64,000 nucleotides of DNA, taken from assembly GCA_965220965.1 (NCBI GenBank), contig OZ244852.1, positions 608,001 through 672,000 on the forward strand. The letters run 5' to 3'. Made by a program: the position numbers and the translations under genes. Below are positions 9,515 through 18,356 of the stretch, one piece after another. Within the stretch, counting starts at the first letter, position 1. Each line of letters begins with the position of its first letter. Below the pieces are notes generated by a model. That model did no database searches and was not told the origin of the DNA. It saw only the letters and a list, made by a program, of their open reading frames with translations. Source of the DNA: Candidatus Marinacidobacterium sp. (GTDB lineage: Bacteria; Acidobacteriota; Vicinamibacteria; Marinacidobacterales; Marinacidobacteraceae).

Positions 9515-11604
9515 GTCCCGCGCTGGCGCGCCGGCGGCGCTGGCCCGGGAGCTTCGCTCTCGCTGCCGTCGCTCTCTGCGTCAGCCTGCCGGCGCTCGGC
9601 CTCGCCCGCGGCGCCCTCCAGAGCGGGTCGCTCGACCCGCTGGCCCTCGCCACCGAGCTGGGCGAGCTCCGGGAGGCCGCGTCGGATGCGGACGCCGCGC
9701 TCGGCGTCATCGCCCGCCTCACCGACATTCTGGAGCAGCTCGACGCCCGGCGGGACGCCGCCGGACAGCTTCCGGAGACCGAGCGAGAGCTCCATCTCCG
9801 GGCCCTCGAGTACCGGGCCCGCGCCTACGTGACCCGGGGGTCGTCGCCAGCAGCGTCGGACGATCTGCGCCTGCTGGTTCTCGCCGACCCGACGCGGCGG
9901 CTGGACATCGTCGGCCTGAGCCCCGCGGTGCTGGATCTCTTCGAGGCGCAGCGGACCGCGCTGCTGGCGCATCTGAGCGTCTTCACCGAGCCCCCGGGCG
10001 CGACGGTCCTGGTCGGGGCCGAGCCGGTGGGAACGACCCCGCTGGTCGGCCACCCCGTGTTCGCCGGGCGGGTCCGGATCCGCGCCGAGCGGGCGGGATA
10101 CGCGCCAGTGGACGAGGGGCCGCGCGACATCCTCCCCGGAGACATCCTTTCGATCGAGCGCGAGCTGGTGCGCACCGGGCCGGTGCTCCCGGTCGTCACC
10201 TCTCCGGCCGGCGTCACCGTCCGGGTGGGCGGCCGGGTCGTCGGAGTCACCGGGGGCGAACTCCCCGAGGAGCTTCGCCCCCTCGTGCCGCCCCGGTTCG
10301 CGCGAGACGAGTTTTCCGCGCCGCTCGATCTCGGCGACCTCGCGGCCGGTCCGAACGAGATCACGCTCGAGGCGCCCTGCCGACGTCCGGCGCGGTTCGT
10401 CTTCCACGCCGACGAGGCTCGCGACTACCTCCCCCGTTTCGTGCGCCTCGGCCCCTCCACCGGCGGGCTGCGCATCGAGAGCGATCCCGGCGGCGGCGTG
10501 GTCTTCCTGGACGGGGAGGAGCAGGGCGCGACTCCGCTCTCGTTCTCGGCGATGTGCTCCGGACCCCATGTCGTGGAGATCCGCCACCCGGCTGGCCGGT
10601 GCTCCCGGTCCTTCGACGTCACGCGGGGATCGCGAACGGCGGTGCGATGCGAAGTGCGCCCGGTCGTCGTGGTGGAGCACGCGGGGCCGGGGACGGTCCC
10701 CGAACTTGACGAGGCGCTCCGCAGCGTCCTCGCCTCGGATGAGCGGTTCTTCCTGCTGGAGGAGCCTGATCCCGGGGACCGGGTTCAGGTGCGCGTCCGC
10801 GTCGAGGTTCCCGAGCCCGGCGGCGGTTCGGCCCGGATCGGCCTTCTGGCGGACGGTTCGTCGCAGCCGGACTCGGAGACTTTCGATCGGTTCTCGCCCG
10901 ACAGCGCGGTGTCGGCCTTGCGCGGGCTGCTGGAGGCGCCGGAGCGGCGGCGGGCCTGGGCCGGATTCAGCGCCGCGGTGCGCCGGATCCATGGAGCCGA
11001 TGGCGAGCGTCGCCGGACGCTCGAGGTGACGGGCCTTCATCCCGGCGGTCCGGCGGCCCTCGCCGGCGTCGAACCCGGAGACGAAGTCCTCGAGGTTCAG
11101 GGGGGCCCGGTGCGCGATGAGCTGGGCCTGCTGCGAGGCGTCAGAACCGTCCCGGCGGACGCGACGCTCGATCTGCTGGTGCGCCGGGAGGGCGCGGACC
11201 GGCTCCTCCACCTGGTGCTCGACGAGACTCCGGTTCTGCCCGATGGCGGCGCCGCCCACTGCAACCGGCGCCTCATCGCGCTCGAGGCGGAGTTCGCCCG
11301 CGGCGTCGATGACCCCACCCGACGCCTCGAAGCGGCGGTCTGCTGGATCCTCCTCGGCGAACCGGCGCGGGCGATGCAGGACCATCTGGCCGGTCTGGAT
11401 TCGGAGACGACCCTGTCGGAGGCGGGCGTCGGGCGAGGGACCGTGCTGTTCCAGCAGGGGGTCGCGTTCGCCGCGCTCGGTGACGCGGCGCGCGCGGTGG
11501 GAGCCTTCGAGGCGGCGGCGGCGGTTCCGGGCGCGACGCTGGTCACGCACGACGGGCCGGTCCTGGCGCCGCTGGCGCTTCGCCGGGCGGAGCGGACGCG
11601 CTGA
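9511..11604 (+). CDS. Exported PEGA-domain + PDZ-domain protein with TPR-like helices
   Basis: Signal peptide, PEGA repeats (LSVFTEPPGATVLVG...VGTTPL; LRIESDPGGGVVFLDGEEQGATPL), PDZ (HPGGPAALAGVEPGDEVLEVQG). ATGA overlap with the upstream gene. Confidence 0.75.
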   Translation: MSPALARRRRWPGSFALAAVALCVSLPALGLARGALQSGSLDPLALATELGELREAASDADAALGVIARLTDILEQLDARRDAAGQLPETERELHLRALEYRARAYVTRGSSPAASDDLRLLVLADPTRRLDIVGLSPAVLDLFEAQRTALLAHLSVFTEPPGATVLVGAEPVGTTPLVGHPVFAGRVRIRAERAGYAPVDEGPRDILPGDILSIERELVRTGPVLPVVTSPAGVTVRVGGRVVGVTGGELPEELRPLVPPRFARDEFSAPLDLGDLAAGPNEITLEAPCRRPARFVFHADEARDYLPRFVRLGPSTGGLRIESDPGGGVVFLDGEEQGATPLSFSAMCSGPHVVEIRHPAGRCSRSFDVTRGSRTAVRCEVRPVVVVEHAGPGTVPELDEALRSVLASDERFFLLEEPDPGDRVQVRVRVEVPEPGGGSARIGLLADGSSQPDSETFDRFSPDSAVSALRGLLEAPERRRAWAGFSAAVRRIHGADGERRRTLEVTGLHPGGPAALAGVEPGDEVLEVQGGPVRDELGLLRGVRTVPADATLDLLVRREGADRLLHLVLDETPVLPDGGAAHCNRRLIALEAEFARGVDDPTRRLEAAVCWILLGEPARAMQDHLAGLDSETTLSEAGVGRGTVLFQQGVAFAALGDAARAVGAFEAAAAVPGATLVTHDGPVLAPLALRRAERTR

Positions 11605-11608
11605 GCCG

Positions 11609-12274
11609 GTGCTCGCCGCCTCGCCTGATGTCGCCGAGGCCGGGGGAGACGAGGCGCCAGGATCCCGCCAGCGCAGCCGGCCGGGGCCCGGGCGCGCGGC
11701 GCCGCAGTACCGGCTGGTCGTGGACACCGCTCCCTCGGGCGCGAGGGTGGGAGATCGCCGGACCCCGCCGGCGTCCTACGCCATCGAGGCGCGGGAGACC
11801 CTCATAGGACGCGATCCGGTCTGCGCCATCCGGCTGGACGACGTCTTCGTGAGCCGGCGTCACGCGCGGCTCCTGCTCCGCGACCATGAGCTCCATCTCG
11901 AGGATCTGGAGAGCGCGAACGGGACCCGCCGGAACGGCGACCTGGTCGAGACCCGGGTCCAGGTCCGCCCGGGGGACATTCTGGAATTCGGCCCCTCGCT
12001 CTGCCGGCTGGAGTCCGGCGAGGTGAAACCGGGCGCTGAAGTCGAGGTTTCCGGGACGCCGGACGAAGTCCGGGCGCCGGTAGCGGCCCCGGTCGAGGAG
12101 ACGGGAGCCGCCGCGTCCGCGTCCGAACCCGGGCCCGCCGCCCGGGACGACCCGCCGGATTACGAGATCGTGGGGCCGCTGCCCGGAGAGCCGCGACGGA
12201 CCCGCCTGCTGGCGCTCGCCTGGGCGGGGGCGGTCGCGGCCGCTCTGGTGGTCGTCATGCTGGGGCTCCGTTGA
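11609..12274 (+). CDS. FHA-domain protein with C-terminal membrane anchor
   Basis: IGRD...VSRRHA...EDLESANGT FHA motifs, Pro/Ala linker, hydrophobic tail. GTG start at 11609 is inferred. Confidence 0.8.
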   Translation: MLAASPDVAEAGGDEAPGSRQRSRPGPGRAAPQYRLVVDTAPSGARVGDRRTPPASYAIEARETLIGRDPVCAIRLDDVFVSRRHARLLLRDHELHLEDLESANGTRRNGDLVETRVQVRPGDILEFGPSLCRLESGEVKPGAEVEVSGTPDEVRAPVAAPVEETGAAASASEPGPAARDDPPDYEIVGPLPGEPRRTRLLALAWAGAVAAALVVVMLGLR

Positions 12275-13200
12275 CGGCCCCGGTCATGCGGCCTCCGGCC
12301 GTCGTTCCGCCGGCTGGCCTCGGAGTCTTCGCCCCCGCCAGCCCGGTCCGCGCGGAATACCTGGAGGCGGGGGAGCGGGCGCTCGCGGAGCTCGGGTTCC
12401 GCGTGCGCCGGGCGCCCGCGCTGTTCGAGCGCGGTGACTACACCGCCGGAACCCCGGAGCAGCGCGCCGGCGATTTTCTGACGCTCCTCGACGACGAGGA
12501 GGTCGCGGCGCTGTTCTGCGCTCGCGGCGGCTACGGGAGCCTCGACCTCCTCGAGCGGATTCCTCCTGGCCGCCTCCGGGAGCGGCCGAAGGCGCTGCTG
12601 GGGGCGAGCGACGCGACCGCGCTCCACGCGCTGGCCGCGAGGGCGGGGATCGTCTCGTTTCACGGCCCGATGGTGGCGCAGCAGATGGCCCGGGGCGCCG
12701 AGGCCTGGGACAGCGGCGAGCTGCTCGGCCTGCTTTCGGCCACGTCGCCCGGCTTCCGGCTCGCGTGGCGCGCCGCCGAGCCGCTGCATGGCGGAAGCGC
12801 CGAGGGAGCGCTTCGCGGCGGCTGCCTCTCGCTGGTCGCCGCGCTCGTCGGCGGCCCCTGCGAGCTTCGGTTCGAGGGCGCGATCGCGGTTCTCGAGGAC
12901 ATCGGAGTCAAGCCGTACCAGATCGAGCGGATGTTCACCCAGCTTCGCCAGGCGGGCGCGTTCCGTGGCGTGCGGGGCTTCGTGTTCGGGGAGATGCCGG
13001 GCTGCGTTCAGCACCCCGACCAGGGATACACGACCGCGGATCTGTTGCGCCGGCTCACGGCGCCGTTCGGGGTTCCGGCGGTCATGGGCTTCGCGACCGG
13101 ACACACGACGCCGGGTTCGGCCTGCCGGACGCTTCCCTTCGGGGTGGGGGCGCGCATGGACGACTCCGGCGTCACGCTGCTCGAGGCGCCGGTCCGGTGA
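12271..13200 (+). CDS. ldcA: LD-carboxypeptidase (peptidase S66, LdcA-like)
   Basis: APAS, CARGGYG, GASD.T nucleophile elbow, HGPM, LED, TGH catalytic His. Adjacent to mpl. Confidence 0.85.
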   Translation: MTAPVMRPPAVVPPAGLGVFAPASPVRAEYLEAGERALAELGFRVRRAPALFERGDYTAGTPEQRAGDFLTLLDDEEVAALFCARGGYGSLDLLERIPPGRLRERPKALLGASDATALHALAARAGIVSFHGPMVAQQMARGAEAWDSGELLGLLSATSPGFRLAWRAAEPLHGGSAEGALRGGCLSLVAALVGGPCELRFEGAIAVLEDIGVKPYQIERMFTQLRQAGAFRGVRGFVFGEMPGCVQHPDQGYTTADLLRRLTAPFGVPAVMGFATGHTTPGSACRTLPFGVGARMDDSGVTLLEAPVR

Positions 13201-14651
13201 TCCGGGGGCTGAAGCCGGGGGACCCGCTTCACCTGCTCGCGGTCGCCGGGACCGCGATGGCGTCGCTGGCGGGTCTGCTGGCCCGCCTCGGCTACCGGGT
13301 CACCGGATCCGACGAGGGCGCCTATCCCCCGATGTCCACCGTCCTCGAACGCGAGGGCATTCCGGTGGCCTCGCCGTATGGCGCGGGGAACCTGCCGGAG
13401 TCGTGCGCCGCCGTCGTCGTGGGGAACGCGGTCTCCCGCGGAAACCCCGAACTCGAGGCGGCCCTCGACCGGCGGCTGCCGCTCGTTTCGATGCCGGAGA
13501 CGCTTCGTGAACTCGTGCTGCGCGACCGGCGGCCGGTGGTGGTCGCCGGAACGCACGGGAAGACCACGACGACCTCGCTCCTCTCCTGGATCCTCCACGT
13601 CGCCGGCTCGGGCGCCGGGTTCCTGGTGGGGGGCCTTCCCGAAGACCTCGGGACCAGCTTCCGGCTCGGCGCCGAGGGACAGCCCTTCGTCGTCGAGGGC
13701 GACGAATACGACAGCGCCTACTGGGACAAGGGGCCGAAGTTCCTCCACTATCTCCCCGAAATCGCCATCGTCGGCAACGTGGAGTTCGACCACGCCGACA
13801 TCTACCCCGACTTCGCGGCGGTGCGGCGCGCGTTTTCCTTCCTCGCGCGTCTCCCTCCGCGGGGCGGCCTGCTGCTGCTGGGCGCCGACTCGCCCGCCGC
13901 GCTCGAGCTCCGGCGCCACGCGCACACCGACGTGCTCACTTTCGGCGTTCCGGGCGGCGACGCGGTCGACTGGGTGGGGGTTCCGGCGGCCTCGGGTTCC
14001 GGCGGAACCCGGCTGCAGGTCACGTTCCGTGGAGACGCCCGCCCGATGCTCGAGGGACGCTTCTGGGGCGCCGCCGCCTGCCGCAACGTGCTCGCCGCGG
14101 CCGCAGTCGCGGAACGGCTCGGGGTCGCATGGGACGCGGTGCGCGAGGCGGTCCGGAGCTTCCGCGGCGTGGCGCGCCGGCTGGAAGTCGTGGGTCAGAC
14201 GCCGGACGGCGGCGTGACGGTGGCGCGTGACTTCGCGCATCACCCCACGGCGGCCGTCGCGGCGCTGGAGGCGGCCCGCCGCCGCTGGGGCTCGGCCCGG
14301 CTGGTCGTGGCGTTCGAGCCGCGCTCTTTCACCTCCCGCACCGCGGTCTTCCAGAGCGAGTATGCGCGGGCGTTCGCCGCCGCCGACGAGGTGCTGCTCG
14401 CCGCCCCCGGGTCGCGCGGGCGCCGGCCCCCGGGGGGCGCCCTCGACCTCGAACGGCTGGCCCGCGATCTCGGCGAGTCAGGGGTCGCCGCCGAGGTCGC
14501 GACGGATCATCGCCGCCTGGTGAGCGCCGCCACCGAGCGCGCCAGGGGCGAGGCGCCGACCGTGCTGCTGTTCCTCTCGAACGGTAGCTTCGGCGGCGTC
14601 CCCGAAGCGGCCGCCGAAGCGCTCGGCGCGCCGCGTCCCGCCGCGGACTGA
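13197..14651 (+). CDS. mpl: Murein peptide ligase Mpl (peptidoglycan recycling)
   Basis: HLLAVAGTAMASLA, YPPMS, GNAVSRGNPE, AGTHGKTTT, EGDEYDSAYWDKGPKF, EFDHADIY, DFAHHPTA, SNGSFGG. Confidence 0.9.
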   Translation: MIRGLKPGDPLHLLAVAGTAMASLAGLLARLGYRVTGSDEGAYPPMSTVLEREGIPVASPYGAGNLPESCAAVVVGNAVSRGNPELEAALDRRLPLVSMPETLRELVLRDRRPVVVAGTHGKTTTTSLLSWILHVAGSGAGFLVGGLPEDLGTSFRLGAEGQPFVVEGDEYDSAYWDKGPKFLHYLPEIAIVGNVEFDHADIYPDFAAVRRAFSFLARLPPRGGLLLLGADSPAALELRRHAHTDVLTFGVPGGDAVDWVGVPAASGSGGTRLQVTFRGDARPMLEGRFWGAAACRNVLAAAAVAERLGVAWDAVREAVRSFRGVARRLEVVGQTPDGGVTVARDFAHHPTAAVAALEAARRRWGSARLVVAFEPRSFTSRTAVFQSEYARAFAAADEVLLAAPGSRGRRPPGGALDLERLARDLGESGVAAEVATDHRRLVSAATERARGEAPTVLLFLSNGSFGGVPEAAAEALGAPRPAAD

Positions 14652-14653
14652 GC

Positions 14654-14673
14654 CGCCGGGGACGGCCCCGGCG
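14654..14673. terminator. GC-rich hairpin between convergent genes mpl and secretin
   Basis: CGCCGGGG-acgg-CCCCGGCG perfect 8-bp stem right after the mpl stop. No clear U-tract. Confidence 0.35.
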
Positions 14674-14687
14674 CCTTCCCGGTTTCC

Positions 14688-16328
14688 CTACCGACGAACG
14701 ATGTGCGGCAGGAGCGTCTCCTCATCCAGGTCCGCCCGCCGCGCGATCCGGGGCGTGATCGTCAGGATGATGTCCGACTCCAGCGAATCGTCCTCGTTGT
14801 TCGCAAACAGTCGTCCCAGGATCGGCAGATCGGCGATCCCCGGCAGCCCCGTCAGTTTCGTCCGCTCCTCCTGCCGGATGAGGCCGGCGATCAGGCTGGT
14901 CTCCCCGTTGCGGAGGCGCAGGGTGGTTTCGACGTTCCGGTTCCCGAAGGTGGGAAGACCCGAGTAGCCCGTCCCGGACACGTTATCCAGCCGGACCTTC
15001 ACGTCGAGCGTCACGGTGTCGTCGTGGTGGATCCGGGGGATGAGCTCGATGCTGACGCCGACGTTTTCGTATTCGAACGTCGTGGTGGGTTGCTGGGCGA
15101 TCCCGCCGGTGGCGATCGGCGCGAACGTCGTCACCGGGACCGGCACCCGTTCTCCGAAGTCCGCAGTGGCGGTCTTGCCGTCGGAGGCCCGCAACTGGGG
15201 ATTGGCGAGCACGTGGGTGTCGGTGTCGGTCCGGACCAGCCGCAGGATCGCCCCCGGAAGCCCGGCGATCCGGAGGTTCGACCCGCGGTAGGGGTTGTAG
15301 AGCAGCGTGTCCAGCGTGGGGTTCACTGACGTCGCGATCCCCTCGGACTCTCCGGACACGAAGGGGATCCCGTACTGCTGGAGCCGGGAGCGGTTGACCT
15401 CCATGAGCTCCACATCCACGAGCACCTCGCCCGGACTGCGGTCGAGGGACCGGACGATCCGGGCGGCCGCCTGGATCTGTTCGCGCGTGTCCACGATGGT
15501 GATCGAGTTCGTCCCGGGGTGCGCGGCGATCTGGCGGAGCCCGAGCACGATCCGGAGCGCGTCGGTCGTTTCGGTCAGGTCCGCGGTCGAGAGGTAGAAC
15601 GTCTGGGCGATCGCATCCTCGTAGCGCGCGCGTTTGTCCGGCGTGTCGGGGACGATCGTGATCAGATCCGGACTCTCGACCCGGAAGAAGTGGCCGGTCG
15701 TTTCGGTCACGCTCCGGAGCGCGTCCTCGAACGTGGAGTCCTCGGCCTCGACCGAGATCGCGCGGTCCCGGAAGTCCTCGTCGAAGGCGAGGTTGACCCC
15801 GCCAATCTCCGCGAGTGTCAGGAGCACATCCCGGAGGCTGGCGTCGCGGAAGACGAACCGCGCCGGCGCCCTGGCGCCCTCGAGCACATCGAGCCCGAGC
15901 GGGCGGCCGAGAGCCTCCTCCTTGAGTCCGGCCAGCGTCTGGCGGCGCGCATCGGCCTCGTGAGCTTCCGCGGCCTGGGTGATCTCGAGCAGGCGCTCCT
16001 GGTAGACCGCCTCCTCGGGAGCGAAGAGCACCGCGGTCCGCAGTTCGTCCTCTGCGCCTCGCCAGTCGAGCGCGGCGGCGCGTCTTTCGGCTTCCGCGGC
16101 GTGGGCCTCGGCGGCGCGGAGCTTGGCCCGCGTCAAGGACAGCTCAGTCTCCGGTCCGGCCCCTTCCTCGGCCGCGGCGCGGGCGTAGTGGGCCACCGCG
16201 TCGTCGTAGCGGCCCATCCGCTCGGCCGCCTCGCCGGCGGCGAAATGGCGGCTTCCGGCGCAGGCGCCAAGGAACAGCAGCGCCAGAGCAGCCGCGGCGG
16301 GCAGGCGGGCCGGCATGCGGGGGGTCAC
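14688..16328 (-). CDS. Secretin (GspD/PilQ family) lipoprotein with N-terminal TPR region
   Basis: Lipobox LGAC, TPR-like helices, STN/N domains (FRDASLRDVL; TFYLSTAD), secretin core (LANPQLRASDG, YENVGVSIELIPRI, LRNGETSLIAGLI, LPGIADLPILGRLF). Confidence 0.9.
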   Translation of the reverse strand: MTPRMPARLPAAAALALLFLGACAGSRHFAAGEAAERMGRYDDAVAHYARAAAEEGAGPETELSLTRAKLRAAEAHAAEAERRAAALDWRGAEDELRTAVLFAPEEAVYQERLLEITQAAEAHEADARRQTLAGLKEEALGRPLGLDVLEGARAPARFVFRDASLRDVLLTLAEIGGVNLAFDEDFRDRAISVEAEDSTFEDALRSVTETTGHFFRVESPDLITIVPDTPDKRARYEDAIAQTFYLSTADLTETTDALRIVLGLRQIAAHPGTNSITIVDTREQIQAAARIVRSLDRSPGEVLVDVELMEVNRSRLQQYGIPFVSGESEGIATSVNPTLDTLLYNPYRGSNLRIAGLPGAILRLVRTDTDTHVLANPQLRASDGKTATADFGERVPVPVTTFAPIATGGIAQQPTTTFEYENVGVSIELIPRIHHDDTVTLDVKVRLDNVSGTGYSGLPTFGNRNVETTLRLRNGETSLIAGLIRQEERTKLTGLPGIADLPILGRLFANNEDDSLESDIILTITPRIARRADLDEETLLPHIVRR

Positions 16329-17089
16329 GGGCGGAACTCCGAAGCGGTCACGATGTCGGTCCCGGGCGGGATCGTGAACCGGAACAGCTCTTCCGGCGGG
16401 GTCTCTCCGGCGGTGAAGTCCGAGAACCGGAACTCGGTCCGGTTCCCCTCCGGGTCTTCCGAGGCGAAGGCGTGGATGCGGCCGGTGGCCTCATCCACCT
16501 CGAGGCGGAGCGACACGATCTCTCCCGGTTCGCGCGGGGTCAACTGGAGCGCCGTGAGCGCCGCGTCGACCCCGGTGGTCCCGGCGAGGAAGACGTCGAA
16601 ATGGTCGAGGATCGCCGCTTCTCCGGTGAGGAAACGGAGCGGGTTCACCGCGCCCCGGCTCTCTCCGGCGTCCGATCCGGCTGAACCCGTCCCGTCGAGG
16701 GACCCGACGACGACCTGCTGGTCCGCGGGCACGTGGAACCAGGTGTTCGCGCCATCCGTGACGAAGAGCTTGGGCTCCGGGTTCCGGTACTCCCAGCGCA
16801 TCCGGCCGGGATTGAGCACGGTGAGCTGGCCGGTCTCGACCCGCTCGCGTCCGAAGATCCGGGGCGTGAAGCGCTGCTCGAAGCTGGCGCTGAAGTGGGG
16901 GAGCGAGCGGTGGTGGTCCTCGATCCTGCGGATCAGCTCCGCGACGCGCGCCGGGGTCTGCCCGGACGGCGCGGCGGCGAGCGGCGCGGCGAGGGCCACG
17001 GCGCTGACCAGGAGCAGCAGGGAACGAACCCTCCGGGAACGGAGGAAGGCGGGGAGGATGGCGGCAACTCTCAAGCTCGGCGCCTCCAC
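16325..17089 (-). CDS. lolA: Outer-membrane lipoprotein carrier LolA family (start 17089 or 17074)
   Basis: Signal peptide, FSASFEQ, PGRMRWEY..PEPKLFVTDG, FRFTIPPGTDIV. Confidence 0.85.
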   Translation of the reverse strand: MEAPSLRVAAILPAFLRSRRVRSLLLLVSAVALAAPLAAAPSGQTPARVAELIRRIEDHHRSLPHFSASFEQRFTPRIFGRERVETGQLTVLNPGRMRWEYRNPEPKLFVTDGANTWFHVPADQQVVVGSLDGTGSAGSDAGESRGAVNPLRFLTGEAAILDHFDVFLAGTTGVDAALTALQLTPREPGEIVSLRLEVDEATGRIHAFASEDPEGNRTEFRFSDFTAGETPPEELFRFTIPPGTDIVTASEFRP

Positions 17090-17119
17090 GGCCCGACGGG
17101 CGGGCGTTGTTTCCGGCAG

Positions 17120-17196
17120 TGGTGGACGGCACGGGGATCGAACCCGTGACCTCGGCATTGCGAACGCCGCGCTCTCCCTGGCTGAGCTAGCCGCCC
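17120..17196 (-). tRNA. tRNA-Ala (anticodon CGC)
   Basis: Minus-strand GGGCGGCTAGCTCAGCCAGGGAGAGCGCGGCGTTCGCAATGCCGAGGTCACGGGTTCGATCCCCGTGCCGTCCACCA folds as a cloverleaf with loop TTCGCAA, G3:U70 alanine identity pair, GGTTCGA T-loop and encoded CCA. Confidence 0.96.
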
Positions 17197-17213
17197 CCGC
17201 TACCGGTCGTTCA

Positions 17214-17222
17214 ATCTTAGCA
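17214..17222 (-). promoter_or_regulatory. Putative extended -10 promoter element (TGcTAAGAT) for tRNA-Ala/lolA
   Basis: TGnTAAGAT on the minus strand, 17 nt upstream of the tRNA, overlapping the aroC stop. Confidence 0.35.
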
Positions 17223-18356
17223 ACCCGTTGATTTCGCTGCCGGTGCGTCCCGGCGAAGCCCGGAGCCGGTCCTGCTCTCTCGCAGCGCGGCCTGTCGCAG
17301 CGCATGGTCCGCGAGGACCAGGCACGCCATCGCTTCCACGATCGGGACCGCCCGCGGCAGCACGCACGGGTCGTGTCGACCGCGCCCGGCCAGGGTCACC
17401 GGCTTCCCGGCGGCGTCGACGGTGGACTGGGGCTTCGCGATCGTCGAGGTCGGCTTGAACGCCACCCGGAACACCACCGGCATTCCGGTGGAGATCCCCC
17501 CAAGCACCCCGCCGGCGTGGTTCGTCGTCGTCACGACGCGGCCCCCCTCGACGGCGAACTGGTCGTTGTGCTCGCTGCCGGTCATGCGCGTTCCGGAGAA
17601 GCCGCTGCCGACTTCGAATCCCTTCGAAGCGTTGATCGAGAGCATCGCCTTCGCCAGGTCCGCCTCCAGCTTGTCGAAGACCGGCTCTCCCAGTCCGGGC
17701 GGGACGCCGACCGCCCGGCACTCGATCACGCCGCCGACCGAGTCCCCCTCCTTGCGGACCCGCGTGATCAGCTCTTCCATCCGCGCCGCGGCGTCCGGGT
17801 CGGGGCAGCGCGTGGGGGTGGCGTCCACCGCCTCGCGGGTCACGACGTCCGGAATCGCCTCGGCCTCGATCTCGTGGACGCGCCGCACCCAGGCGACGCA
17901 GTCGGCGCCATACCGTTCGGCGAGGAAGGCGCGGGCCACCGCCCCGGCGGCGACGTGGGCGACGGTGACCCGGGCCGAGGAGCGGCCCCCGCCGCTCGGA
18001 TCCCGGCGGCCGTACTTGGCGTCGAGCGTGAAGTCGGCGTGGCCCGGGCGGAACGCGGTTCCGAAGGCCTGGTAGTCCGCCGGTCGGGCGTCCCGGTTCC
18101 GGACCGACATCGCGATCGGGTGCCCCGTCGTTCGTCCCTCGTGGAGCCCGGACTCGATCCGGACCCGGTCCTCTTCGCGCCGCGGCGAGGTGAGCGCGCT
18201 CTGACCCGGCCGCCGGCGGTCGAGGTCCCGCTGGACATCGTCGGCGCTGAGCGGCAGGCCGGGAGGGCACCCGTCCACCACGACTCCGATCCCGGGTCCG
18301 TGCGACTCGCCCCACGCGGTCACCCGGAAGAGCCGTCCGAAGGAGCTACCCGCCAT
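17217..18356 (-). CDS. aroC: Chorismate synthase
   Basis: [33 protein letters not shown] signatures. Confidence 0.97.
   Translation of the reverse strand: MAGSSFGRLFRVTAWGESHGPGIGVVVDGCPPGLPLSADDVQRDLDRRRPGQSALTSPRREEDRVRIESGLHEGRTTGHPIAMSVRNRDARPADYQAFGTAFRPGHADFTLDAKYGRRDPSGGGRSSARVTVAHVAAGAVARAFLAERYGADCVAWVRRVHEIEAEAIPDVVTREAVDATPTRCPDPDAAARMEELITRVRKEGDSVGGVIECRAVGVPPGLGEPVFDKLEADLAKAMLSINASKGFEVGSGFSGTRMTGSEHNDQFAVEGGRVVTTTNHAGGVLGGISTGMPVVFRVAFKPTSTIAKPQSTVDAAGKPVTLAGRGRHDPCVLPRAVPIVEAMACLVLADHALRQAALRESRTGSGLRRDAPAAKSTGC

Noticed and set aside
17120-17196. tRNA-Ala as an integration site for a genomic island
   Set aside because: No integrase, no duplicated tRNA 3' end noticed, and the flanking genes are housekeeping.
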